Assembly: GCA_013239625.1 (NCBI GenBank)
Contig: MU053652.1
Location: 2,792,001-2,856,000, forward strand
Direction: 5' to 3'
Origin: Lama guanicoe
Taxonomy: Eukaryota
Length of the DNA stretch: 64,000 nucleotides
In this document: positions 27,401-39,585 of the stretch, piece after piece
Layout of the letters: every line of letters starts with the position of its first letter
Position numbering within the stretch: the stretch's first letter is position 1
The notes under the pieces: model-generated
Told to the model about the DNA's origin: nothing
Database searches by the model: none
What the model saw: only the letters and a program-made list of their open reading frames with translations
Made by a program: the position numbers and the translations under genes

Positions 27401-27900
27401 CCAGCAATCTGTTTTCTTTATCCTATGAACTCAGATTTTTTTTAAGTTGCCATTTTAAATGGTAGCTTTTCCTAATTAAATTACAAAGTTTTTTTTTTTT
27501 GACTTACAGGAATTATATTAATTTTTTGTATATTGACCTTATATCCATCAACATTGATGAACTTGTTTTTGTATTACTTCTAATAGCTTGCCTTCATAAT
27601 TCTTTATATAAGTAATTATCACTTGGAGATAAGGACAATTTTGTGACTTCATTTAAAATTTTATATCTCATTTTAATTTCTTCTATTACATTGACTAGGA
27701 CCTCGCCTCTGTGCTATTGAATAGAAATGCTGGTTATAGTCTTCTTGGTCTAATTTCCTGGATTTTGAAGGAAATATTTGTATCATTTAATCATTAAGTA
27801 TGATTTTGTTGTAAGTTTTTGATGAAGCTAAGGAAGTTCTATTCTTTATATGCTAGGGTTATTATTATTTTTCAATCATGGAGTTTGGTCAAGAATTTTT
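24460..27900 (-). mobile_element. Old L1 (L1M/L1ME-like) hosting younger L1 insertions
   Basis: Continuous T-rich antisense L1-like sequence (ttgccaaattgttctccaaagtggttg; ttgtatattgaccttatatcca; ttgaatagaaatgctgg), interrupted at about 24836-25802 and about 27150-27440. Confidence 0.7.
24836..25802 (-). mobile_element. L1 3' end (L1MA-like) nested in older L1
   Basis: Well-preserved antisense L1 3' UTR/ORF2 end (tttatccattcatccactgatggacagttaggttgtttcc); TSD-like ctaacatt at 24828-24835 and 25803-25810. Confidence 0.9.
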
Positions 27901-28774
27901 AAAAAATATATTCATTCTCTAAGGGACAAATCTGACCTTGGATGAACTTTCTACTTAGTCCCTATGAATCCTAATACAAGTGGAAAGTCAACCATATTAC
28001 TAAGCAGCATTACTTATAGTAAAATCAACCTTTATTTGGTAAATGTATTTGGACTAGGAGGAACTATACCCGAACTCTTAAATTCTTGGTTAGAAGCAAT
28101 AGTTTTGAGCTTCCCTGGGACCTCTTTTCAGAGATGGGTATGAACTTTGTGGGGACCCTGGAAGCTGTGGCTGGGACCATTATTTGAGGTATTGGGACAT
28201 AAGGCTTCTAAGCTAGTGCGACTCTGCACCCACCCTGTGATTCTCATTTCCTTGTACCTGAGCTGTCATCTGAATGCCTACGAGAATAGTTCCTGGTTGG
28301 CCATGTGGACTCCTGGGAGGACTCTTCCTATGAAAAGAGCTGAAACCTGAAACTGCCCTACTGGCATGCTGTGTTTTCTTTTTATGCTTTCTGAGTAAAT
28401 GGCTGCTATGTGTGCCCTTTGGTAATTGGGTAGCTTAGAATGTGTAGCTAGAAGTCCCACATGGGCAGTGCACAGGGCATTCAAACAAAATACAGAATTA
28501 AGTTTACTGGGGCTGACCTGAGTTTATAACTCTCACTTAGAACCTTCGATTTCTAGTTTTCACCTATTGGAAAACTCATATTTGCATTGATTATAAATTA
28601 ATATTATAAATTTAAATTTATAATATATACTATATTGTTTAAATTTTTTTGTTTTAGATTTGGTGTATGTTTACCAACTCAAAAATGATTCTTCTACTAA
28701 AAAAAGTTTGATAACTAATGTTCTAGACCTGTATGGTTAAATGGGTAGGTATTTGCCCTTTTAATAGGGCTTTT

Positions 28775-28920
28775 AAAATTAAAATTAAATTAAAAATTCA
28801 GTTTCTTGGTTGCACTAGCCTCATTTCAAGTCTCAGTAGTCACATGTGGCTGGTGGCTACCTTACTGGACAGTATAGATACAGAACATTTTCATCATCAT
28901 AGAAAGTTATGTTAGACAGA
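28775..28920 (-). mobile_element. MER3-like hAT-Charlie DNA transposon
   Basis: aaaattcagtttcttggttgcactagcc...cacatgtggctggtggctacc...ggacag...catcatagaaagtt. Confidence 0.8.
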
Positions 28921-30109
28921 CTTCCTAGGTTTTATTTTTTATTTATCCAGATTATCTGTGAACTTTATATTTTTACTGTAAATGTTTATAGGCTTTAAGA
29001 AACTGCTGGATGAACCAATCAAGATATGACTCAGAGACAGTACTGAAAACCCCAGTGTGCTATCATAATAATCTGCTAGATAAATGGTTCTCAGATTTGC
29101 ATGACAGGACAAATTCTGTTTTTCCTGAGACTTATCATTGCATCATGGCTATTGTGAATTTTGTAATTGATTGGTTTTCTCTTTTTGCTTTATCAACCAG
29201 TTAGTGTAAGGCCAAATTTATGGTTTAATTTAAGTAACCTCCTGGCCTATGTAATTGCATGCTGCTTTTTCTTGTTTGAATTTTATATTTATAAAATACA
29301 ATTTTATTGTAATGTGTGCATTTTTATGTTGTATAAATTCTTTGAGAAAAGAGGTGGAGCATAAAAATAGTAATAAATAAATACCTTCAAGATTTTGATT
29401 GATATGTCACTTACTACTTATTCATTTATTAAGAGCCACTTATTACTGAACTTCATTGTTGAAAATAAGTGAAGGAGCTAAAAATAGTTCTTGGCTGATA
29501 GTGATTAATAATACCCATACATGTGATCTGTGCTGCTTTACAAATGAAATGATTTAGAATGTACACCTGTCATAAACTGAGTTTAATTCATTTTTCTAAA
29601 ATGTTTTTATATTTCAAAATAATGTTTGAAGAATTGTCATACCAAAATACATTGTTAAAAATTTCAGGCTGCTTAGTATTGCTAGGGAGGTTCAACCAAG
29701 AATCTGAGTATTCAAACTGATTAACCGAGTTTAAACAGAGGGTAAAGTGCTGTTTTGTTTCTTTATGGAATCTTCTGTATCTTTTGGATAACAGAGTTTA
29801 ATTCTGGGCACTTAAGCCTTCGCAGTGTACTTTTCTTTTAAATTTTTATTCTGGAACTTAGAAGCAGGCCAGCATTATGTATGCCTCTTACATTCTGTAG
29901 CTTTCCTTGCTTCTGAAAACACTTAAAGCAGCTTACCCATTTCAGCAAGTAACTTCATAAAAAATAAAACCAACCTCACCTAAAAGAAGTTGAAGAATTA
30001 AGTATTCCCATCTGTCAGTGTTGAGAGACTTGGGCAATATATTTGATTTCACGTTTTCTAGTTGCTCAAGTGAGAAAAAGAAACACGGAGTTATATAGTT
30101 GTCCTGTAC

Positions 30110-30500
30110 CGACAACCGGAAGCATATAAACATCTGCAGAAACCAAACATTTCCTGGAACTAAACTCGAGCAGAAATTGATCACGTGAATCTTTGTTTAA
30201 AGAACCTTGTGAAAAATATCTTCAACCACAGTTATGTAAAAGACTCAGGAGTGCAGCTCACGTGGACCTACCTGGCTCCCCGGAGCCTGAGGAGTCTGCG
30301 GGAACCGGCCCGGGAGGCGCATGCGCCGGCGCGGGGCCGGGCAGGGGCGGGGGCTCCGGGAGCGCGGGGCCCCGCCCCGCTGCTGGGCGGAAACCCACTA
30401 AGGGGGCGGTGGGGGGAGGGTAGGGAGTCATACTGTTGGTAGCGCCGTCAGTTTTCCCTCTAAAGATTAGGCGCCGTCAGCGTGGCTTTTGTATCGGTGC
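30110..30500. promoter_or_regulatory. Small CpG-island promoter (likely internal/alternative promoter)
   Basis: Sharp GC/CpG peak at about 30275-30500. NRF1 palindrome GCGCATGCGC 30317-30326; GC boxes 30344-30352 and 30370-30378; E-boxes TCACGTGA 30181-30188 and CACGTG 30259-30264; ETS ACCGGAAG 30115-30122; TTCCTGGAA 30151-30159. Confidence 0.8.
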
Positions 30501-31129
30501 TCAGTTTATTCTGTCCATGTTCAAGTTATCTGACGAATGCCTTGAGTGGAGATATTTTATTTTGTAGATTAATGTGAAGCTTTGAAGGACGCAAACGCTT
30601 TTCATGGAATTTCAAGAGCTGGGCTTGTATTTTTCCCCATTCAGAAGTCTAGTTCACGTCAGGGTGAAGGACAACAATGGAATCTTTTTTTTCCCCCCAA
30701 GGAGCTTATGCTCATTAATTTAAGTTATCATAACAGAGTAACTTAAGACTTCACAACTTACGTGACATGGAAGGAATAACTTTGGCCTGAAGTATGTAAG
30801 GGCCAAATATAACAAACTATTCATCTTTTCCATGGAAATCTTCAGTATGGTCATCATAGCGGAGTTTCTTTAAAGAATACTTGTATCCCTTGGACCTGCT
30901 AGGGTGAGTTAACGTAAAGAAAAAAAGAATTTAGACCCTTTAGCTTGTCCTGTAGGCATAGATTGACCTTTATGTGTTTACCAGATACAACAGTTTTAAT
31001 ATAGGTGTTAATTAATTAGCTGCTCATTTTGGTAAAAACTAACCAGATGCCTCTTAAGATTGAGTCATACCTAGCCAGCATGTAAGAAGATGTGGGTACT
31101 GGGCTTTAGGAAGGCATCTTGGGGGGTTT

Positions 31130-31232
31130 TGAAGTCTGATGATGTATACCTGTCATACAGGGTTATTACAAGAATTATGTCTGATAACATCGATAAAATG
31201 CCTGGAACACAGCAGGTTCTTAATAAATGTTC
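31130..31232 (+). mobile_element. MIR 3' half
   Basis: tacctgtcatacagggttattacaagaatta...tgcctggaacacagcaggttcttaataaatgtt. Confidence 0.7.
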
Positions 31233-32289
31233 ATCATCCTCTCATGTTACTGATAAGGGCCATATATACAGTTCTTTTAAAATTTTTATACTGGGTCATA
31301 TAAATACATGCTTTTAGTCATGTTCAGATCTATCCTGATGTTAGCAGTGTTGTTTTATATTGATACTTAAGAAAAGCACTAATAACATGTATTGAAAGTG
31401 TATAGTTTCTCATTAGATTGTAGGTTGATGATAATTCAAGAAATAATGCAAATGGTTTTGAATTTCTTTGTGAAACAAGACAAGGTTTAACACTGTTCAA
31501 GAGTAGAATAATTGTATCAGAATTCAACTTGCTCCAGTTTTATCTGTGAAATTTAATTTATCCTATGAAGATACTACATTGATAAAATATTCCTATTCAG
31601 CTTCCACTAAGAACCAAGTGGAGGCTTGGAGTCTGGGGATTAGGAGTAGAAGTGTGTGTTGGCTGCTGCAGCCTAGCCTGTAAGAATCATGGGACTCTTG
31701 GAAGACAGGCTTTACTCATGAAAAGGACCCTGGAAACATTTGGCTATAGGCTGAAAAATGTTTTTGGGAGCGTTAAAGCCTTGATAGATATACCTGAGAA
31801 GTTTAAAGAAGAACCTTGAAAAAAGAAAGCAGCCATAACTAGACCCACAGTCACTGTTCTTCCTACCATCCAGTTTAAGCCTCTGCATGGCTACATGGTC
31901 TCCCTACAGACAGTGCAGCAAATAATGTAACAGGAATAGCTCCAGAGCAACTGGCAAGACAGTGCTCCCAGGCAAGCATTAATTAGTAAATAAACATATC
32001 CCTCCCCAAAGGAGGAAGCGGTTGGATAGTTGCAGTTTAAGTTGAGGGAGTTGGTATTGATAATTGAGACCCACGTGTCATACAGGAAATTTAAAATACA
32101 GGAAAATTAAAATTTCTAGGAAATATGACATCAACGATGAAATTATATTAAGACTTTTTGTGCAAGTTACTGTGCAGAATTTAATTGTAACTGCATGGTC
32201 CATGCTCTCCAGGAGCTTGCTGTTAAGAACAGTAGGATCTGGAGATTTAAACTGTCCACCCATGATATTATTTACAGCCATTTTTTAGT

Positions 32290-33600
32290 TTAATAAATAT
32301 GTATTAGAGATCTGTTATGTGCCAGGCACTTTCTTGCTACCAGAGGGATACAGTATTGAACAAAACAAGAAATTCTTCCCTGAAAGAGCTTGAATTCTAT
32401 AGGGGGAAAGAGAGAAAGAAAAAAGAACAGTGACTTATACTCTGAATGATAAGGGAAAGAGTTGGTGAGTTTTGAGCAGAGGAGTGGCGTGATGTGATTT
32501 TGTTTTATCGATATGACTCTGGCCTTTTGGTCTGAAAACACTGTGCAGTGAGATAAGGCAAGAATCAACTGGGAGGCTCTTGGAGTAATCCAGATGGAGA
32601 TGATGGAGGCTCAGATGACAGTAGTGGTGATGAAAGAAGGGAGACGTAGGCAGAATTTAGATACATTTTAAAAATAGAGCCAACAGGAGATGCTAATGGG
32701 TCGACGATGGGGTATGAGGAAAAGAGGAAAGTCATAGATGACTTCGAGTGTTGAACTGTCATTTGGCAACATGGGGAATGCTGTAGGAGCGTCAGTCTTA
32801 AGAGGGAACATCAGGAATTTGTCATGGGGTGATGATAAGTGTGAAATGTCTATTAGACATCCAGAGGGAGTCAAGTAGGGAGCTGAAAATATGAGCCTTG
32901 AGTTCAGGGAAGAGGTTTAGGCTCTTACAGGTGGTATTTAAAGTGATGAGACCCACTGAGATGACCAAGGGGAGGGAGTACAGTTAGAAAAGAGTTCTGA
33001 GAACTCAGAGCCCTGGGTCACTCTAACATTAAGAGGCTGAGATCATGAGGAGAAGTCTAAGAAGAAATGGCCATGAAAGAGGAGGAGAGCCAGCAGTGTG
33101 GTGTCCTGGAAACCAAGCAAAGCATGTGTTTAAAGAAACAAGGGATCCTGTCTCTGGGGATAACAGTGGTACCTGCCTCTCAAAGGGTGATTGTGATGAA
33201 CTGTTTAAATGGATGAGATAAACTCATTAAAGTGCCCTGCCTCAGTGCCTGGCTGCTTAGTTGTTCAAAGTGGAAGTCATTTGGTGGCTTAACAGCAGTT
33301 TCAGGGGAGCAATGGGGACAAAAGCCTGGTTGGAATGAGTTCAGGTGAAAATGGGAAGAAAGAATTGGAGATAGTAGATACAGTCAGCTCTTTTGAGTAT
33401 TTCTATGAAACTGGATTAGAGAAATGGAGAGTTAATTCATGGGAATGTGGGGTCAAGAGAAAGTGTGTGTGTGTATGTGTGTGTGTGCCTGTCTGTCTGT
33501 CTGTCTGTCTGTGTCTTTTAAATTAGGAGAAAGTACAGGCTGTTTATAGGCTGATGAGATTCATCCTACATAGAGGGGGAAATTGATGATGTTGTTGAAT
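32290..33600 (-). mobile_element. L2 LINE (L2a-like) with a nested MIR fragment at about 33150-33270
   Basis: aaatatgtattagag...tatgtgccaggcac; ttttgagcagaggagtgg; gtgaaatgtctattagacatcca; gtgtcctggaaaccaag. Confidence 0.8.
33463..33515 (+). repeat. Compound (TG)n/(TCTG)n microsatellite
   Basis: Read directly. Confidence 0.9.
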
Positions 33601-33681
33601 TTGGGATAATGAATTGTTTTGGTCACAGGTTGCCTGGAATAACTAGATTGTCCTTTGTCCCTTTATCCTCTCCTTCTAGTG

Positions 33682-34300
33682 TTTCATTCATTCATCCATC
33701 ACATATTTACTGAAGGTTCACAGTGTGCCAAGGATCAAGCCAGGGGCTGAGTAAACGGGTGATCAAGGGGTGAATCAAACAGGAGCGATCCCTATGCTCT
33801 CTGGGGGAGCTTTTACCATCTGGTGGTAAAAACATCAGATAAATATATACAGATTTCAATGAATGCTTCATAAGAAGAATATGGAGAAAATGTGTTGGTA
33901 TAATTTAGATTGGGGGGAGAGTGCATTAGAAGACCCTCAGATAGGAAGGATGGTCATGACCGAGAAGGAAAGCATTCCAAGCAGAGGGAGCAGAGAATGC
34001 AAAGGCCTGGAGTAGGGGAGAACTTGATACTTTAGGGGATTTGAGGGGTGGCCATTTTGGCCCAAGAGGTAGAAAGGGACCGGGTCGTACAGAGCTTTGG
34101 AGACCTTTTAAGATTTTTATATCCTAGGAGCAGTGGGAAGGCATTGATGAGCTTTTAGGTGAGAAGGGACATGGCGATTTTGCATTGGGGGAAAAACCCA
34201 CCTGTGCTGCATTGAGTCATAGTAGATGGACTGGAGGGGTCAAGAGTGGAAAAGACCAGCAGTTTAGGCAAAAAGTGTCTGTAAAATAGAGAGATGTTTA
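33682..34300 (-). mobile_element. L2 LINE 3' region
   Basis: ttcattcattcatccatcacatatttactga...gtgccaagg; agcattccaagcagagggagcag...tgcaaaggcctgg. Confidence 0.75.
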
Positions 34301-36125
34301 CATCTGAGATGTTTACAATTCTGTTAGTAAGACAGAGTTGAGAATACCCTCTACTTAGCAGAATTTACTTTGAGCTTAGCAGGTTTCTCAGCACCTGCGA
34401 AGAGAGCCTTTTTTTTGTTAAAAATAGTATCAGTACAGAAAAGTCAGATGAAGATGTCAGTGATTTCAGATTATTTAACATAAAATAACACTTTAAAAAA
34501 GATTCTGGTACTTTGTGAAAAATCTGAAATAATAAACTTGTTTTCAGACTTTTTTCCAGAAAAAATACCAGTGACACAATATTTAGAGACAGACTGTTTA
34601 AGAAAATGGATTAAACTACATGAATATATACTGAGAATAATCAATATAATTATGGTATTTTAAGTGTTCATATAATATAAAGAAACCTTTAAATTTTTGC
34701 CTTAATGTAGTGATTGTGCATTATTTTTAATTTTTAGAATAAAACCAATATAATAAAAACAGTTTATTGATTAGTAAATATTTCAAAAGTTCCCCTTTTC
34801 ACTTTGAAAAATATCTTAAGTTTGTATGATAAATTATATGATCAGAGATAGAGGATCTCTACCAGTTGAAGGCTCAGACTGGTAAAAAAGCGATCAAGTT
34901 ACAGTACAGGATGCATATTCTATTGTGTTAATTTAGGCTTCCTCTTAAAGAGCTTTCTTAAAACAGAAGGGCAGTTGTAATACCAAGTATTGCTATATCA
35001 GCTCACCCACAACTCCAGGGCTGTGAATTAATTTCTGAGCCCTGACTTGAAAAAAAAAAAAGAGAAAAGAAGAAACAGAAGTTACTTCCTACCTAGAGAG
35101 TCCACTCCTGAAAGTTCCATCTCGGTTGTAACTCCAGTTTTCCTTCTTACACTGGCATTTGATTTATACTTTTCAGGGTGAGAAGAGTTTGGATATTTCA
35201 CCGTCCGGGGTTTTTCTGCCTCGCTGATGATTTAAGCTCAAGCCTGCCAGTTTTATGGGAGATGATAGAAAACACCCTGTGACCTCTTGAGTAAGTAGAT
35301 GCTGCCGAGTTTTGTGTTTTACTGCTTTAAAAGAAAAAAGGAAAATTTTATAACTCTAAAGTTTGTAATATTAGGCACTTTAATTGGGTTCTTTAAATTT
35401 TGTTGTTGAGTAATGATGGCAATTATTGTAACTCCAATAAGTGAATATTTTGAAATAATGGGATTCTGGAAGAAATTAATCCCCTGATGATAAAAAAAAT
35501 TAATGAAAACATTTTCCATGCATATGTGTTAGTTTTAAAAAAGAAACATATAGAGGACCTAACTGTATATATTAAAAATTTAAGAGCATTCTCCTTAGTG
35601 CTTTATTTCACTTTTATATTATGAATGTAAAAATATTGGTAGGGCAACTGTTAATGAAATTTTCAAATGCAGCTATATCTATACAAAAATTGTGTTTTAT
35701 CACAGAATGTATTTTGGTTAACTTGAAATAAATACTGGTTTGTTTCATGGAAATAGAATGTTAAAAATTCTTTCTATTTGAAAATAATGATTCCTCGCCT
35801 CCCCACAAATACAGATGAGATCACAAAATCTCTCTGATTTAACTTTCTTAATGAAAGAGACTTAGAAAGAAGGGCATTCATCCTTTCTAATCAAAACTTC
35901 TGAGCGACATTTACCGAGTTGAGCCAGGTATTTTGATGTAAATTGTTTTCCAAAATGAAAGCTACTAGTTATCTTGTTATGTCCATTGAATCTGTTTTGA
36001 CAAAACTAGGAAACTATGAGGAGGTTGTACCAGGGCCTTGTTTTGGAATACTAAGGTAAAAACTCTTAATAAATATACAAGGTGCTCCCCACTACAGTGG
36101 GGTTATTTAATTTTAGTCTGCATCT

Positions 36126-36432
36126 GTGCTGTCCAGTTTGGTATCCAGTGGCCACACATAGCTGTTGACATTTGAAATGTGGCTGGTCCCAATTGGGATG
36201 TGCTGTGCATGAAATACATACCACATTTCAAAGACTTAGTATGAAAAAACGACTGTAAATATTTTATTAATAATTTTTATATGAATCATGTTGAAATAAT
36301 ATTTTAGATATATTGGGTGAAACAAAACATTATTAAAATTAATTTCACTTGTTTTCTTTTGCTTTTTTTTTAAATGTGGCTGCTAGACAAATGTAAATTA
36401 CTTGTGGCTTATATTTCCAATGGACGGGACTA
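36126..36432. mobile_element. MER33-like hAT-Charlie DNA transposon
   Basis: Termini gtgctgtcca... and ...ttggacgg; internal ttgaaatgtggctggtcc, atttcaaagacttagta, attattaaaattaatttcac. Confidence 0.8.
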
Positions 36433-36557
36433 GCCTGTATCATACACAGTCAGCAGCTTAAGTCATATGTTACTCAGCGTTCTGTAGGCCTGGAACCTTC
36501 TGGGTTGTGTATGGATCAATGAATATAAATCTGTATTGTTTCAAGAATATGATTCTT

Positions 36558-37020
36558 TGATTCATCAGCTATTTACTGAGTACCTCCCATATGCCAGGCA
36601 GTATTCTGTGCACTGGTGTTATGGTAGTGAACAAAAAACAAAACTTCCTGCCTTCATAGAGTTAACGTTCTGTTAGTGAAATACAGACTAAAAATATGAT
36701 TAAGTAAAATATATAATCTATTTGAAGGCAGTAAGCACTTTGGAGAAAATGGAAGGGAGAGGTTCAGTTGCAAATAGAGTGTTCTTTTGGGAAGGCCTCA
36801 GGGAATAGGTGATATTTGAGCAAAGACTTGGAGAAAGTGAGAGAGAGAGAGCCCTGTACATATTTGGGGGAAGAGTGTTCTGGGCAGAGGGAATAGCAAA
36901 TGTGAAGACCTTGAGGCAGGAGTGTGCCTGGCTTGTCTGAACGGTAGAAGGAGGCAGGTGACTGATCAATTGGAGTGAAATGAGTAATGGAGAGAGAAGG
37001 AGATGGAAGGTGAGCAGTGT
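36558..37020 (-). mobile_element. L2 LINE 3' end
   Basis: tatttactgagtacctcccatatgccaggcag...gaaggcctcag...ttctgggcagagggaatagcaaatgtgaagaccttgaggcagga. Confidence 0.85.
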
Positions 37021-37039
37021 TGTTGCCTAGGCAGACACA

Positions 37040-39585
37040 GAGGTAACCCCTAGGGAACTCGGCCAGAAATAGAAATTTTAAAAACTAAGCAAAAACATCA
37101 GAGGCTACACTTCATGGGGGAAGACAGATTCTACACTTCAAGTTCAAGCAACTTAGAAAACTGTCACCTGCTGACTAGCTGAATAAAATGTGATACATCC
37201 ATGTAATGTAATACTATTTGGCAATGAAAATGAGGTGCTGGTAGGTGCTACAACATGAGTGAACCTTGAAAACAGGCTAAGTGAAAAAAGACAATCGCAA
37301 AAGGTCACATATTGCATGATTCCATTTATATGAAATGCCAGCAGTGTACAAACCCATTTATAGTAGCATCCGAAAGACCAAAATACTGTGAAATAAATTT
37401 AACGAGAGAAGTGTAAGTCCTATGTACTGAAAACTACAAAATTTTCTTGAGAGAAATGAAAGTCTGCCTAAGTAAGTGGGAATATATATACCATGTTTAT
37501 AGGTTGGAAGACTCAGTATTGTTAATGCGGCAGTTTTCTCCAGATTCATCTGGGGGTTCAACAAAGTCAGTGCGAAAATCTCAGGCAGGACTTTTGTAGA
37601 AGAATATTTATTGGCAAACAGATTCTAAAACTTATATAGGAATGCAAAAAATCTAGAATGGTCAAAGTGACTTTAAAAAAGAAGAAATTTACAGGACTTA
37701 GACTAACCTGTTTTCTAAACTTACCATAAAGCTACAGTAATAAAAAACAGTGTAAAACTTGCATATGGAAATACATGTAAATCAGTGGAACAAAATATCT
37801 AGAAATAGAAACATATGTGGTCAGTTACTTTTCAACAAAGGTGCTAATAAGATAATCCAATAGGGACAGCATAGTCTTTCAACAAACAGTGCTGCAACAA
37901 TCCACGTGAAGTAAAGTACCTAGACTTTAACCTTACGACATACACAAAGATGAACTTAAAATAGATCACAGACCAACACGTAAAGAAGAAAACATAGCGG
38001 GAAGTCTTGTGTCTTGGGTTAGACGAAGATCTAGTTAATAGGATATAAAAAGCATAAGTATAAAAGAAAAAAAATGATAAATTGGACTTCATCAGAATTA
38101 AAGTTTTGCTTTTCAAGAGAACACTGTTAAGAAAATGAAAAATCAGGCCACATACTGTGAGAAAATATAAAACATATGTCTGATAAAGGATTTGTATGTA
38201 GAAAATATATAAAGAACTCTTGAAGCTCAATCATAGTATAGCAATCCAGTTTAAATTTTGGATAGACATTTCGTCAAAGAAGATGTATGAATGGGAAATA
38301 AACACTTGAAAAGAGTTTTAACATCATTAGTCATTAGGGAAATGCAAATTAAAGTCATAATAAGATATTGCTGCACATTCAGTGTAGTGGCTAAAAATTA
38401 AAAAGACTCTGATAGCCCATATGTTGACAAGGATGTGGAAAAACCAGAATCCTCACACATTGCTAGTGGGAATATAAATGGTACAGCCCTGTTGAAAAAC
38501 AGTTTGGCAGTTTCTTAAAAAGTTCAATCCAGCAATTCCATTCCTAAGTATGAAGTCAGGAGATATAACAGCATATGTCTAGACAAAGACTTGTATACAG
38601 TGTTCATAGTAACTTTTACTTGTGATTGCCAGAACCCAGAAATAATGTTGTGTCCATCAGCAGATGAATAGGTACACAAATTGTGGCAAATCCATACAAT
38701 GGAATGCTACTCAGCAATCAAGAGGAATGGACTGTCATATATACAGTGGCATGGAAGAATCTCAGAATAATTATGCTGTATGAAAAAAGCCAGATCTCCC
38801 CACCCCAAAGCACCATACTGTTAGATCCATTTAATTGAAATTCTAGAAAATGCAAGCTAATCTATAGTGAAGAGAACAGATCCATGGTTGCCTGAGGATG
38901 ACTTGAGATGAAGGAGGGAGAAATGGATTCCCAGGGGAGGGGCACAGTGAAACATTGGAGGTGATGTATTTATTTATTATCTTGATTATGCACAATAGTT
39001 TCATGAGTGTATACTTATGTCAGAATTCAATATAGTGTGTACTTCAAATATATGCAACTTCTTATATATCAGTTACACCTCAATAAGGTTGTAAAAAATT
39101 GTGTCCATTCAAAAACCAAGTATATGCTTGTAGCAGCTTATTCACAATAGATAAAAACTGGAAACAGTTCAAATCTATCAGCTGGTGAATGCATAAATAA
39201 AATGTGTGATATCCATATGATAGAATATTATTCAGCCATGAAAAAGAATGAAGTCCTAATTCATGCTACATACTACAAGGATGAACCTCAGAAACATTAT
39301 GCCAATTGAAAGAAGCCAGAAACAAAGGACTGTATATTGTATGCTACTATTTATATGAGATTTTTAGAAAAAGCAAAGTCATAGATCAGATCAGTAGTTG
39401 CCTGCAGCCAAAGTTGGGAGCAGAGATTGACTGTAAACTGGTACAAGGAATCTGTTGGGATGCAGGAAGTATTCTTGTTGATAGTTGTGCAGCTGTATAT
39501 GTATAAATTTACTAAAACTCATCTAATTGTACAATTAAAATGGATGACTTTCATGGCATGTAAATTATCTCAGTGAAACCACTAA
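37040..39585 (+). mobile_element. L1 (L1M/L1MB-like) ORF2 3' part and 3' UTR mosaic, sense orientation
   Basis: A-rich; actgaaaactacaaa, ttggaagactcagtattgtt, tagtctttcaacaaacagtgctg, catcattagtcattagggaaatgcaaattaaa, tggaatgctactcagcaat. Confidence 0.85.

Noticed and set aside
28990..29385. Possible 3' UTR or polyadenylation site (aataaataaa near 29372)
   Set aside because: The ending resembles the 3' tail of an ancient LINE (L4/RTE-like), and no upstream coding exon is evident; too uncertain to call either way.
30185..30442. Gly/Ala/Arg-rich ORFs across the CpG island
   Set aside because: Open frames are a by-product of high GC content (few stop codons).
34291..34317. Short tandem duplications (gagatgtttaca x2; also tgcaccctgccc x2 at 3434-3457 and tattattagaaa x2 near 27051)
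   Set aside because: Two-copy slippage duplications with no array or repeat-spacer structure.
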